Assembly (NCBI GenBank): GCA_002256025.1
Contig: NKIB01013902.1
Span: 1-50,115, forward strand
Direction of reading: 5' to 3'
DNA from: Asterionella formosa
Lineage: Eukaryota
Length of the DNA stretch: 50,115 bases
This document shows positions 36,200-47,495 of this stretch, piece by piece. How positions within the stretch are numbered: the first letter of the stretch is position 1; every line of letters begins with the position of its first letter. The notes under the pieces are model-generated. The model made no database searches and was not told the origin of the DNA. It saw only the letters and a program-made list of their open reading frames with translations. The position numbers and the translations under genes are program-made.

Positions 36200-37858
36200 A
36201 TGAGACTAGTGAATATTCTCGACATTGGTCGATCCAATTTTGGCGCGAACCCTTGTATAGCCACTACGGGGACATCGAACGAAATATCCATACTGACTTA
36301 TGCATCTGGCTGGTTGGCCCTGCAAGAGCATCTTCAGTGGCTGAGAAAGGCGCTGGCGGGAAGATGCGAGGATGTCGTTGTCGCGTATCTTTCATCTAAC
36401 TCGGGAGACATGCTATTGTCGATGCTTGCTGCCACTGAGCTTGGCGTCCACGTGGCCTTGCTGAATACCAGATGGACCGCTTCGGAAATTGCTGGACTTC
36501 TTCAAACCCAGGTTTCGACTTGCAATACTGTAATTTTATACGGGAATGGATTCTACGGCAAAGCTAAGCAAGCTGCCGATGCACTACTCCATTCCACGGA
36601 CATTCGGCACATTCCAGCGTTGGCAGAGAGTTACATGACGTTAGGGCATCCCATGGAATTTCAACTTAACAAAATGTCTCTGATTCATGTTGAAGAAGAG
36701 AAATCTGAAGTTATGTTTGCCAAGGACGGTGATGACGATGCTTTTGTTGTATTTACGTCCGGCACAACGTCAGGGTCCAAAGGCGTACGTCTCAGTCATC
36801 GAGCCTTGTGGCTGCAGGCACTGGCCAAACTTGGCCCACCTTGTCAATATTCGAGCCACACTCGCATGTTAGCGACAACAGTACCACTGTTCCATGTGGG
36901 AGGGTTGAGTAGCGCTATTGCCGTTTGGTTGGCGGGAGGTATGCTAGAGTTTCCTCGTCGCATTGGCTTCGATCCAAAGATTACCGTCATGTCAATGTCA
37001 CGCGTTTCGATGCCTACAAATACATTGGTCGTTGTACCGGCCATGCTGCATGCTCTCTTTCAAAACATTGGAGAAAATAAATGCTTCAATGCAGTTGACT
37101 TGATTTTGATCGGGGGACAATCAGCTACTCCACCCATGGTTCGTCAACTCACGATCACATTCCCGAACGCCAGATTAGTCCAGACATATGCATGTACTGA
37201 AGCTGCATCATCCTTGACATTTCTCTTGCTTGATACTTTAACTGAAAATAGAATGGAAATAAAAGATGGAACCGTTGGTGATTGTATCGGCCAACCTCCA
37301 CCGCACATTGTCATATGCCTCGTATCTGAATCAGGAACAAGTGTAATCAACGAGCATGAGAAAGTTGGAACCTTTGCTACCAAGGGGCATCATGTTATGA
37401 ATGGATATTGGAAAAGAGGAGACTATAACAAGTATCCATCGAAAGGCAGAAACGAATGGTTCATCACCAGTGACTTGGGATTCAAGGATGCAACCACTGG
37501 TCGATTTTTCTTTTGTGGGCGAGCCACCGACGTGATTCGAACGGGAGGCGAGACTGTGAATGCATCAGAAGTCGAACGGGTCCTATTGATTTATGATGGA
37601 GTCAAGGAATGCGCGGTGTTTGCCCTGCCTGATGATCGTTTTGGGGAAGCAGTTTGTGCTGCGCTGGTTGCACCTGATCAAAGTGCATCCCTTTCGCAGA
37701 TTCGACATTTTTGTGGTGAGCAAGGGTTGTCTGATTACAAACGCCCGAGGCGTCTTTTCTTTCTTGATGAGCTTCCAAGGAACTCCTCAGGAAAGGTCGT
37801 CAAGCATATGCTAGTTGAGCGATTTGGACCAAAGCAGTCCATATCGAGTAAATTATAG
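36200..37858 (+). CDS. AMP-dependent acyl-CoA ligase, o-succinylbenzoate-CoA ligase (MenE/AAE14)-like, with PTS1
   Basis: FTSGTTSGSKGV, PLFHVGGLSS, YACTEAASS, SDLG, GR..DVIRTGGE and LPRNSSGKV motifs; C-terminal SKL. Confidence 0.88.
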   Translation: MRLVNILDIGRSNFGANPCIATTGTSNEISILTYASGWLALQEHLQWLRKALAGRCEDVVVAYLSSNSGDMLLSMLAATELGVHVALLNTRWTASEIAGLLQTQVSTCNTVILYGNGFYGKAKQAADALLHSTDIRHIPALAESYMTLGHPMEFQLNKMSLIHVEEEKSEVMFAKDGDDDAFVVFTSGTTSGSKGVRLSHRALWLQALAKLGPPCQYSSHTRMLATTVPLFHVGGLSSAIAVWLAGGMLEFPRRIGFDPKITVMSMSRVSMPTNTLVVVPAMLHALFQNIGENKCFNAVDLILIGGQSATPPMVRQLTITFPNARLVQTYACTEAASSLTFLLLDTLTENRMEIKDGTVGDCIGQPPPHIVICLVSESGTSVINEHEKVGTFATKGHHVMNGYWKRGDYNKYPSKGRNEWFITSDLGFKDATTGRFFFCGRATDVIRTGGETVNASEVERVLLIYDGVKECAVFALPDDRFGEAVCAALVAPDQSASLSQIRHFCGEQGLSDYKRPRRLFFLDELPRNSSGKVVKHMLVERFGPKQSISSKL

Positions 37859-38581
37859 TTGATACAGAACTTTACATCCGATGTATTGACTAGATAGCTG
37901 CATCTCACGCCGAACAAGTCGCAATGAAATTCTTGAACTGATTTCTTTGGAGCACTACTTTATGACCATTGAATATTTTGATCATCGAATGGTGACATCA
38001 AACATCATTGCTGTTAGTGAACATGAAAACTAATGGGCTCTGACGGGAGCCGGCCTAGCTCTTCTCAACGCAACATGGAATATGCAAAAAGAGTGTAAGA
38101 GAAATGCTTAGGTGCGGAGTTCTGTTCGATCAAGGAGCACCAAGTCGATGACCTTATACCCCCGACCATTTTTCTTCCTGATTAACCTGCCGAATTCTCC
38201 AGGTCAGGTTTGTATTCTCGTTAGAGAAGTACACTTTAAGTGCAAATGCGATGCTGCGAGCGAAGTTTCATCTATTGGAATCAGTAGAACCTTCAAGTCT
38301 AAGAATTACATTTCAATGCAACCGTGCGATATGTTTGCTTGCTAAGGTCATATCGGGAATAACGGGTGCTCATGCTCTGTACACTGTTTGACATGTCTAT
38401 TTAGTGCACACATTTAATTTTACTGTTTCACGGCATTAACTCCGCATCGCTGTTGACAAATGATGTATGATGCAATGTACTAAAAATCCAAAATACAATT
38501 AACTGAAAAAAAAGGCATTGCTTGCCGCTGCCACCACCGAGCATGTACTAGAATAATCGGCATTCAATCCACTCCACTCAC

Positions 38582-40621
38582 TTATAATTCATAGTCCCTA
38601 TGTCCATATCGCGAAATCGGCATAGAAAGAAGATTTTCAGGAAGTTCCATAAAGTTAGTTTGGTCATCCTGCAAATCAAAAGGTAGAGGAGACACCCGCA
38701 TTTCGTCAGTCGCTGGGTTGGGATCCTCGTCTGATGGATAATCATCATCATGGTATTCACGATAGTCTCGGACACGGTCGTACCGACCGACTTCTATTCG
38801 TTCCTCTTTGACGATCTCTTCCGACGACACAACATCTGAAACTGCGGCAGGACTACTTGATTTGTCGGAGCATTGCTGCGCGCGAGAAAACTGCAGTACC
38901 TCATGACGGTTTGATTTGGTGACATAAATCTCTTTGTCATGCATTTCCTCATCTTCCGGACCATATTCATTTTCATACTCAACGGGAGATTCCATTCTCT
39001 TACATGGCCTTAATGGAGAATGTCGACGAGCTAGTAATTGACGAGGTGGCGGAGAGAATTCGCGCCTCACAGGCGAAGATGGTCTGTACGACTGGCGTTG
39101 ACTTGAGTGAGGGCTGGGAGGCGGGTACCTCATAGGGAACACGGGCAAGGGACGAGCTTGGCTTCGTTCTACACCAAGTAATGGTACTGACAAGCTGGAA
39201 GCAGACCCAAATTGGCTGTTACCACCCCGTGGATAAAGATGACGAGGCGATAAACCAAGAGGCGGACGACATTCCGGGGACCGAGCACTCTGAGAATCGG
39301 AAGAGTGCAGATATGGGTGAGGCGACAGCGATGGTGCACTGTGATTAGAAGATTGCTGAGGGGACCATCGAGGGGACACTTGAGGCTGATATTGACTATG
39401 AGACTGGGGCCTTCCATACCCATTTGGTGAATTTGTATGAAAGGGACGAGGAACATGATGGCGAGAATATTGAACGCTCGGCGACTGCAGTGGTGGCATC
39501 GAAGGGGACTGTGGTAGATGATGTGGACGTGATGGTGGAGGTCCATACTCATAATGCTCTGTTCCCCATTCATATGAACTGTTTCTGCCTGGCCCGGGAG
39601 AACCGTATCGGTAAGCATCACGATAGATCGGACTTCCTGGCACAGGATAGGGCACCATAGGCATCGAGTTTCCACGTCGGTGACTAGAGTGCGCGTCGCG
39701 AGGAACGCCACGAGGTGATACTGAATATGTCCTGAATCTAGGCGACATTGGGTGACCAACACGGGGTGACATTGGGCTCAGCGGTGGCCGATGCGACAGA
39801 GATGAATGAAGGTGCGACCTAGTCGGAGACATATGTGGTTCCATCTTGTGCTTCTTGATGGCCACTTTTGCCTTTACGGCAGAAAGTATCGTCGGATTGG
39901 ATTTTGATCGTCTGTGCTCTTTCAGTTGAGGTTTCTTTTTTACGAGCGGCGCTACCGGTAGATTCTTGCTTGCCGATGCAGGAGCAGCAGCGCCTTTTGA
40001 CGCTTCAGCATCAAACACAGCGCTCACAAAGTCAGGATCACACAAATCCTCAGATAGCTGCTTTCTAAGAGAAGCAGCACCATCGCGAAGCGCCTGACTG
40101 GTTTTCTCTACCGCTTTCTTGTCCCCGATATCGTACCAGGTTGCTGTATCCTTGTCCTTCTCTAGAAAGCGACCTGGTGGCTGTAACGAGCGAACTGCGT
40201 CAACAATAGAGCGAGAAATCCTCATTTTTTGCTTCTTGGTGCTTGTCACGTACAGCTCCTAATAAAGGCGGACAAGAGAGGGTGTGCAAGACATGTTGAG
40301 CAAATGCAACAACAAGACCGAGGCACAGAGAATATGATTTTCTTCGCGTATTATAGGAACAATGGTCACCCTCAACATTCCTAAACGCGAACTTATTCTA
40401 CGAAAACATTTTGTGAGAATTAAGAGAATCTGGAATCTTACCTTGTTGCAATTCACCAGAGAACGGAAATTTTCATTTCCTACGTGTCTGTTAGTCGTCA
40501 CCCCTCGCCCGCATAGGACATCGTTGTTCGTTGGATGCTCAATATCGAAGAGTGCTTGCTGTTGTGGATACATAGTCCTATGCATGTCTGGGAGTCTAAT
40601 GGGTGGGAACGATGCATCCAT
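38582..40621 (-). CDS. DUF6824-domain protein with long Ser/Pro-rich disordered tail; exons 40621-40442 and 40258-38582
   Basis: NDVLCGRG...HVGNENFRSLV | ELY...SIVDAVR...GRFL...W......AVEKTSQALRD. Phase-0 GT-AG intron at 40441-40259. Confidence 0.9.
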
Positions 40622-40999
40622 GGCTGATGTACTGATCAGCAGAAGCAGAGTTGGTGTGTACAACTTGCTTGACAGGATTCGGGTTTCGGTGTGTTCCTGC
40701 TTTTGTTATTCAAGTGCATGCCGGTATGCTGCTTCGCTTGTCCTATAATTTATATGCATGAATCGGTCAAAAATACCGGTAGTAGGCTCAGATGCATTCA
40801 TTGATTCTTGATTTCGCTCGTCTTTTTACCGGTACATGATGGTACGTAACCGCCCTGCAACTAAATAGGATTCCAAACTGCATACTAATAATCATAACAA
40901 ACACAGGTATATTCGCTCTCGATAGAGTTCGGTCGTCTTGCCTTCGGATGCAGAATTGCACCGCTCCGAGTTTGTACCGATACAGGTCGTGCCCTCTTG

Positions 41000-41388
41000 T
41001 GATGACACCCTTCCGATAGTCCCGGTTTTTACTGCAATGTCATTCTCGTGTAGATTGCTGGATTGGTAGGACCTTCCACCAATGGGAGAATTTGGGGGCA
41101 ATACGTAAATAGAGCATTTACTAGTGTACTGCCAATGAACATACCGTATTGTTTTGGTTTTCTCAACCTACCTGCTATGTAGCGCTATTGATGACACCCT
41201 TCCGATAGCAACGGTACCAGGTACTTACTGAAACGTCATTCTCGTGTAGAAACCTGGATTGGTAGGACCTTCAACGATTGGGAGAATTTGGGGGGAATAC
41301 GTAAATAGAGCATGTACTAGTGTACTGCCAATGAACATACCATATTGTTTTGGTTTTCTCGACCTGCCTTGTTCGTGCTATCGCTATT
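41000..41388. repeat. Tandem duplication, two diverged ~190-bp units (41000-41188, 41189-41388)
   Basis: Both units start TGATGACACCCTTCCGATAG and share ATACGTAAATAGAGCAT.TACTAGTGTACTGCCAATGAACATAC. Confidence 0.92.
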
Positions 41389-41567
41389 GCAATCAAAGCC
41401 TAACTTGTTCTACCAGTTCGTTTCAAAAGGTTGGCCAGGCGACACCAAGCGCGAACTCGATTCGGGTCAGCTCATTTGCCTGTGGTTAATTACTGTTGGT
41501 AACCATATTCCGGTTACTCCGTAAATCCTACAAAGATTCCTGTAAGTGCATTCCAGTAAATCCTGTA

Positions 41568-41948
41568 ACGTCCTTCAAAGAAGCCCTCTGTAGAAGCAAT
41601 ATTCATTTTCTACACGAGATGCTGCAGGCTATGGGTACGTCGGTTAGATTTGTGTATTTAGGCGAGGATAACGCTACATAGCAATACAGGTGCATCGATT
41701 AGGGCTATTGATTTTCATTGGCCATCACACTGACCTGTATCCGTGTGTGTAATATTGGCAATTACTACCAGGTACCAGGTACCAAAGAGATACAGCTAAA
41801 AAAACGAATGAGTATTCGTTTCTGGACAAAAAATATTTCGTTCTACAGACGTTGAATAATATAGCCTGAAGTTTTGTGCGCAACCGGATTTATTATGTTG
41901 GCCATCCATGTTGATGGTTGCATCAGCCTCCCTTTTGAGGTTGCGAAG
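41568..41948. repeat. Dispersed repeat, copy B (paralogue at 31938-32258)
   Basis: Colinear with copy A; carries an extra GGTACCAGGTACCA at 41771-41784. Confidence 0.85.
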
Positions 41949-43017
41949 TGAGCAATTGGCAATGTAGTATCGCTTTCTGGTGTTAAATCCTTCTTCTTAT
42001 GTCTATGGACTTATGAAAGGTCAATGAAAGGGGGGGGGGGGGGTTTCAAGAGCAAACATTCCAATTGGGGCGCGGCGATTCTACGAAAAATGTGCCAAAA
42101 AATAAATCGAGGTCAGGTTCACCTAATTCTAGACAAATTAGAACATTTATTTAATACATCATTCGGTTCGAAATCACTGTTAAAAATAAGTGGAAATGGA
42201 TTGAAATTTTCTAACAATACATCTATAACGCCGATTATTGGTACAGCCACCAGAAAAGGGCGAGCCAAGCAAACATGATCACCCAAATTAATTATTTGGC
42301 TGGCCCAACCTGACCCTTTTTATATGTATTATTAATAATATTTTGCGTCTAAACACTCTTGTTAAAATCGCATTGAACATGTCAGTATTATTCTATTGAT
42401 TAACTCAACAATTTTACAACCTCCCGCGCCGCTCGATTTATCAACATAACCGCTATGATCAGCGCTTTCAGGAAACGCATCAAGCTGCGCGGGAGCACAC
42501 AATTTCGTTTATATACGACCTATTTAGTGTTGAGCATGGCAAATCCACGCCTACAAAACCAACCAAATCACGTGCAAAACCTCTTGAGCTTGACAGTAGG
42601 GTACCTGGAGTTGAAACTGTACAGGAATTCCTCAAATAGGGTGCTATAGCAGTAACAGTATAGCTACTTCAACGATTTCAAAACCATCGCTGTGCAATGG
42701 ACTTCGATTTCAAAGTCATCATCATGAATGAACTCAACCATGACAACAACGAGATCGGATGGTAAAATTATTTAAATGTATACATACAATTTATTCATGA
42801 TGTGTATGTTATTTATGCACAAAATTTTACTGATGCTAAAATTATGTTTTACTGGTAGCTACGGTGGCTACCTAATGTAGTTTCATGATGCAGCCAGACA
42901 CATAATATTTATTTTAGTGAAAATGTGAAAACAATATTTCGGACATAACTCTACATTGATAAAATCTGGGTCAGCTCCTGCCTTTACCGCTAACTATTTG
43001 AAAATGAAATAGTTCGT

Positions 43018-43173
43018 GGCAATGAGCGAATTTTTTTAAGCTATGAGCAAAAATTTGAGGTACTGAGCAAATTTATTTAGCGACGAGCAATTCCTAAGAG
43101 CAATGAGTAAATGCTCTGAGTAATGAGCAAATGCTATTAGCGATGAGCAAAACTTTCGTGTAGTGAGCAAATT
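43018..43173. repeat. ~20-bp-period minisatellite with core TGAGCAAA (about 8 units)
   Basis: Recurring ATGAGCAAA/GAGCAA cores with AT-rich linkers, like the subterminal arrays of DNA transposons. Confidence 0.7.
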
Positions 43174-43819
43174 GGAGGGTTTATTAAAGAGGGAACGCCA
43201 AATCACTAAGTACGGTTATAATTTAAATTTACTTAAAAGGAAAAACATGGATAGGAAGCCAGCCGACTCCAACGGTCGGTCGTACTTGCAGAGCCCTTCA
43301 GGCGGGCTGAAACCAAAAAAGCGCGCAAACGGCGCAATTAACGCACCTTCCTGGCGGCTCGGCAAATATTTGAAGTGCACTCTAGGAGTGGTTCGCGTGT
43401 GTCAAATGATAATCATCTACCGGCACCAGTAGCGGATAGGGTAGCTAGCAGGTACCGGGGTACCGGCGATCACCCAAGAAATTTTAAATGTGTATCCAGG
43501 CAGTGTGGCCGGTCTGGGTTTGCAAGACCTCGCAAACCGGGCTAATCAAATATCGGCAAGTAATTGAAGTTGACCAATCAAAATATTTATAGTGATGCTG
43601 GCACGTTCAATGGAATTTTTTGTACAGGAGATTTTACGACTAAATATTTTAGCACAAGACTACTACCATCCTGATGATGACGTTTCGGCGATTAGTGATT
43701 CTGATTCCGACATTTTGGAGACCGTTGAAAAAGCCGATTTTGTCGAATTTTTGGGGGACAATAGCTCAACGTTGGCTGGGTTTGAAAAGAGTTAAGTACA
43801 CAGGTAATCTTCATATAGC

Positions 43820-44062
43820 CCCAGAAGTTAACTTTCGGTGAGAAACTGCAGAAAGCAACTTCGGTTTTTTACTAGGGCAAATAAACGAGTTGGCCCGGTA
43901 AAATCCACTATTTTCAGCATCATAGTTAAAATGCCGAAGTTCCTTTCTGCAGTTTCTGGCCAGATCCTATATACTGACGTTATTTAGAGTTGACCTATAC
44001 CCCTACTTCGATCAATGTTAGTATCTAAGCATATGGAAAGGTTTTCCAATGGTGAAAGCTCC
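43820..44062 (-). repeat. Subterminal remnant related to the Kolobok-like end at 47496, including a 24-bp inverted repeat
   Basis: IR at 43841-43864 / 43934-43957 (1 mismatch). The reverse complement AGCTTTCACCA...CTTTCCATATGCTTAGATAC matches AGCTTTCACCA...CTTTGCATATGCATAGATAC at about 47508-47547. Confidence 0.6.
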
Positions 44063-44399
44063 AAGCAGCGATATACATATGTAGTTTATACGTGAAAAGT
44101 ATGTGTTTGATTAGTCTGACTCAATATTTTATTTTTAACCCTATCTCTAAGCTAGGGTTGAAATGCAGGGCGGTACATGCATACCACATACAGACAAGCA
44201 CTACTTACGCAGCAGCTACGTCATCACCATCAAAGATGCTGACGAATGTTGAATGCCAGGTTCTCCTTGGAAGGTCCAATAATTGAGATATTTAGCTAAA
44301 TCTTTATCAGTGTTTTACCGGACCTTACTCTGTTTGGACCTGTGGTATGTACATTGGTACAGGTACTCGGGCGGATGATTCCTTGTGACGAAGGCGTGA

Positions 44400-44995
44400 T
44401 ACCAGGTACCACCTGGATCATAGGAACTACATAGTGGAACTATCTTTTGTTTTTGGAATACAAGGTACCTTGGTACCTGGTACCGGTACAAAACCTGGTA
44501 ACCTGTAAGAGTACCTTGGTACCTGGTACCAGTACCGTTGTCTATTTATTTGCCTGTGGTATCATTGTGTGTTTATACAGGTATTAAGGTAGCGTTATAG
44601 AAAATAGAAATTTACTAATTTATGAATTCATAAAAAGAGGTCATCGTGACGATTAATTAAAGCAAAATCAAAAGGAATCATTTCATGATAGTCTAAGAAT
44701 CATTCGCTCGCTTCAACCACGCGAGTTCATCATTTACACTGTCGTAATCGTACCTGGTACCTGGTACTCCAATACCTGGTACCGGGACTCTGCCTGAATT
44801 TACCACATCATCATGATATAATGAAAATGAGATGATGTAAGGGTATAACCTGGCACTCGAGTACCAGGGTACCAGTATCTTATATACCAGGTACCGGGTA
44901 CCTGGTACTCCACAGTCCACAGTGTTATGATGTGGTACGGTGAGTGGTCCGATGAATCATTATGCATCATTATACCAGGTACCCTTGTACCTGGA
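44400..44995. repeat. Dense TACCWGG/GGTACC micro-repeat cluster upstream of the YGGT gene
   Basis: GGTACCTTGGTACCTGGTACCGGTAC, TACCAGGTACCGGGTACCTGGTAC and similar runs. Confidence 0.85.
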
Positions 44996-45086
44996 ACGAC
45001 CACCACATCAGGTATCATCCTCGCAAACGGAGGATCAGCCACCTTTTGCTCACTATTGCTCGCGAAAAGATTTTTGTGATTTGAAA

Positions 45087-45653
45087 ATGAAGACATTAAC
45101 GCCCAGCTTCTTCCTCGGCGTCTTTGCTGTCTGCTTGTTGACAATATCCAAAGCTTCTGCATCCGTGTTCCTCCCTCATGACCTCACGACTAAGCTTTAC
45201 CCCGCTTCATCTCATGTTGGATACTATAGTAAGGACTTTTCCTACGGGCCGACCAGACGCCGTGCGGCCCTTTCGTCCACTGCTATGGCTATCCCAGGAT
45301 ACGGCCTTGCCGAGCAAGTCTTTGTTGGCGGGTTTGCCAATTTTCTGCAGGCGTACAACTTGATTATCACAGCTAGAATTCTTCTCTCTTGGGTTCCCCA
45401 AGCTCAGGGCGTTGCTGCGCTTCAGCCTGTCTATGCCATTACGGACCCATTTTTGAATCTTTTCCGCGGTGTCATCCCACCTATTTTCGGCCTCGATCTG
45501 TCTCCTCTCGCTGCCTTCTTCCTTCTCAGTGTTGTCACCAACGCCACTGCTGCTATCGGTGCGGAGCTCACTCCAGAAATGAAAAAGAAGTTGAAAATGT
45601 CTGGCTTTGGAAGTGCTTCTTCCCGTGGAGCGTTCCGTATGAACCCAAACTAA
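45087..45653 (+). CDS. YGGT family (YlmG/Ycf19-like) plastid membrane protein with bipartite targeting leader
   Basis: Signal peptide MKTLTPSFFLGVFAVCLLTISKASA; RILLSW.P...ITDPFLNLFRGVIPPIFGLDLSP. Confidence 0.9.
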   Translation: MKTLTPSFFLGVFAVCLLTISKASASVFLPHDLTTKLYPASSHVGYYSKDFSYGPTRRRAALSSTAMAIPGYGLAEQVFVGGFANFLQAYNLIITARILLSWVPQAQGVAALQPVYAITDPFLNLFRGVIPPIFGLDLSPLAAFFLLSVVTNATAAIGAELTPEMKKKLKMSGFGSASSRGAFRMNPN

Positions 45654-45970
45654 ATTGATGCTAGTGGTTGTGTGTGATATATGACCAATCTTTAGATTTG
45701 ATAGAGGGCATATAGCGATTCAATTCATGTCGACCCCTTTCCTATGCAACGATCCACGAGGTTGCTAAACATGGGCGTGGTAAGGGAGGAGTATCTAGCT
45801 GCTAGTAACGAATAGTTTAATACACCCAAGAGCTGTCTCATAACGCATCATAGTTAGGCTTGTGAATAGCACTACATATCGCTTTAGAATTGGAATCGCG
45901 GGAAGCAGGTGCACACACAAAAACTCACTAATTGTAGGAATGGTCGTTTTGAAATTTAACTTATTCATCT

Positions 45971-46892
45971 TTATGCCTTCTTGCTCTTCTTGGGTTTCTT
46001 GACATATGAAGCGACAAAGAATTGAGCAAAGAGGAAAAAGAGAGTCAGAATGTAGACAATATAAGTAGCAACAACGCGAAGACTTGTGGTTTGGCACTGA
46101 GTAACAAGGAGGTAGCTTCCCTGGCTCATCATGGTCACAAACTGGAACAATTGCATCAATGTCAAAGAAGATTTCCACCAGATAGGAACAGACTTATCCG
46201 TACCAGGAATCTTTGTGTGCATACAAATAAAGTAGTAGGTGTACATCACAGTGTGGATGAATCCATTGAGGACAATGGTAAGGTAAATATCTCCATCGTA
46301 GTTTACATGCGAGTTGAGCCAGTAAAACATAAAGATGGTGATGTGATGGTACACATGGAGGAAGGAGAGCTGTCTCCACTTCTTTCCGAGTACGATGAAT
46401 ATAGTGTCCCAGAAGTCCCAAACCTTCGAGACATAAAACAGCCAAAGGAGCTGAGCAACAGGAGGGTTCGACTGACTGTATCCGACACAAGGCATGACAG
46501 TGTAGCCATTACGGTAAGCCAAAAAGAACGCCTCAATAGTCATGTAAGAGCATAGCATGATCTGAGAGACATTGTACACAAACTTGATGGGATAAGGGTC
46601 AATCGCAGGGACACCAGCCTTCATAATGGTGCTCCCGACAAGGACGAAGGCCAAGTAGGCTCCAGCAATGCTAATAGCCGTAGAGAAATCGGTGAGAGGC
46701 CAGCTCTTATTAATTGAAGGGGAATGCCAATGGTGTGTTAGTCTGCCGTGCCATTCAAAGCTCATATGATACTTCAACAATGCTTCGCAATGGCAACCAT
46801 ACCTCAGTGTATCCTCGATATTTATTTTCAGGGTCGGCCCATGCGAGGATAGCCTCTCCAACTTTATCAAGCGTTTCAACGTAGTTGTCCAT
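45971..46892 (-). CDS. ELO-family fatty acid elongase, delta-6 PUFA elongase-like; exons 46892-46803 and 46705-45971
   Basis: KVWDFWDT, QLSFLHVYHH, HTVMYTYY and a di-lysine-type tail KKSKKA. Exon 1 MDNYVETLDKVGEAILAWADPENKYRGYTE resembles diatom delta-6 elongases. GT-AG intron at 46802-46706. Confidence 0.93.
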
Positions 46893-47495
46893 GATGGGTG
46901 TATTCTATCCTAGTGTCTCGGTTCAAGAAGTTCTCGGATTGGCAAGATGAATTTTATCTTTGGTGTGGTACTCTGCGGCTAACTAACAAAGATTGATTAC
47001 CAAGAGCGAAAAGGCGAGAAATGATGACGAGGTACCAGGTACCAGACGATGAGGACAAAGGCAGACAATCTCTGGAAATCAAGAGGAGTGTGTGTGTGCA
47101 TCTAGTATGTATTTGACCTAGTTCTATTATACACAGATGTATATGATATTATTCCGTGGTCGTCATGCGTCGTGACAGTCGCATCCAGTAGCTACGGTAG
47201 ACTAATTCGAGTTGGTAGGGGTCCAGAACCGGATTTTTTCTACGTACATATGTAGAAGTGCATTGGCATATTTGGTATACTATATGTACCGGTGTATGTA
47301 CCGCACCAAGGGCAATTGTAAGTGTATGACGTACGTGAAGACCCGGAAATAGCTACTGGCTATATCTTATCGTAGTTGTGCAGCAAGAGGATCGCTCGCC
47401 CAGAATGGCGAGGTCTGTTTTTATCCAAAATTTTTTGATCATGTACCTCAATCCACACATTATTACTTACGTACAACTAGATAAAATAGTTTTAA

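Noticed and set aside
30240..42300. A single 12-kb Pack-type transposon capturing three genes between inverted repeats
   Set aside because: The inverted modules are short and diverged, no TSD is seen, and the enclosed genes look like ordinary intact host genes. Independent insertions are the simpler explanation.
43018..43173. Regularly spaced repeats resembling a CRISPR array
   Set aside because: The core is only ~9 bp with ~11-bp linkers, it is degenerate, there are no cas genes, and the context is eukaryotic.
46022..46555. Antisense/shadow ORFs overlapping real genes (also 15337-15873, 24416-24832, 39169-39762)
   Set aside because: They overlap well-supported CDSs and have no recognisable motifs.
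46706..46879. ORF-track N-terminus of the elongase (MKRLIKL...)
   Set aside because: It is read-through of an intron; the spliced exon 1 in another frame gives the family-typical N-terminus.
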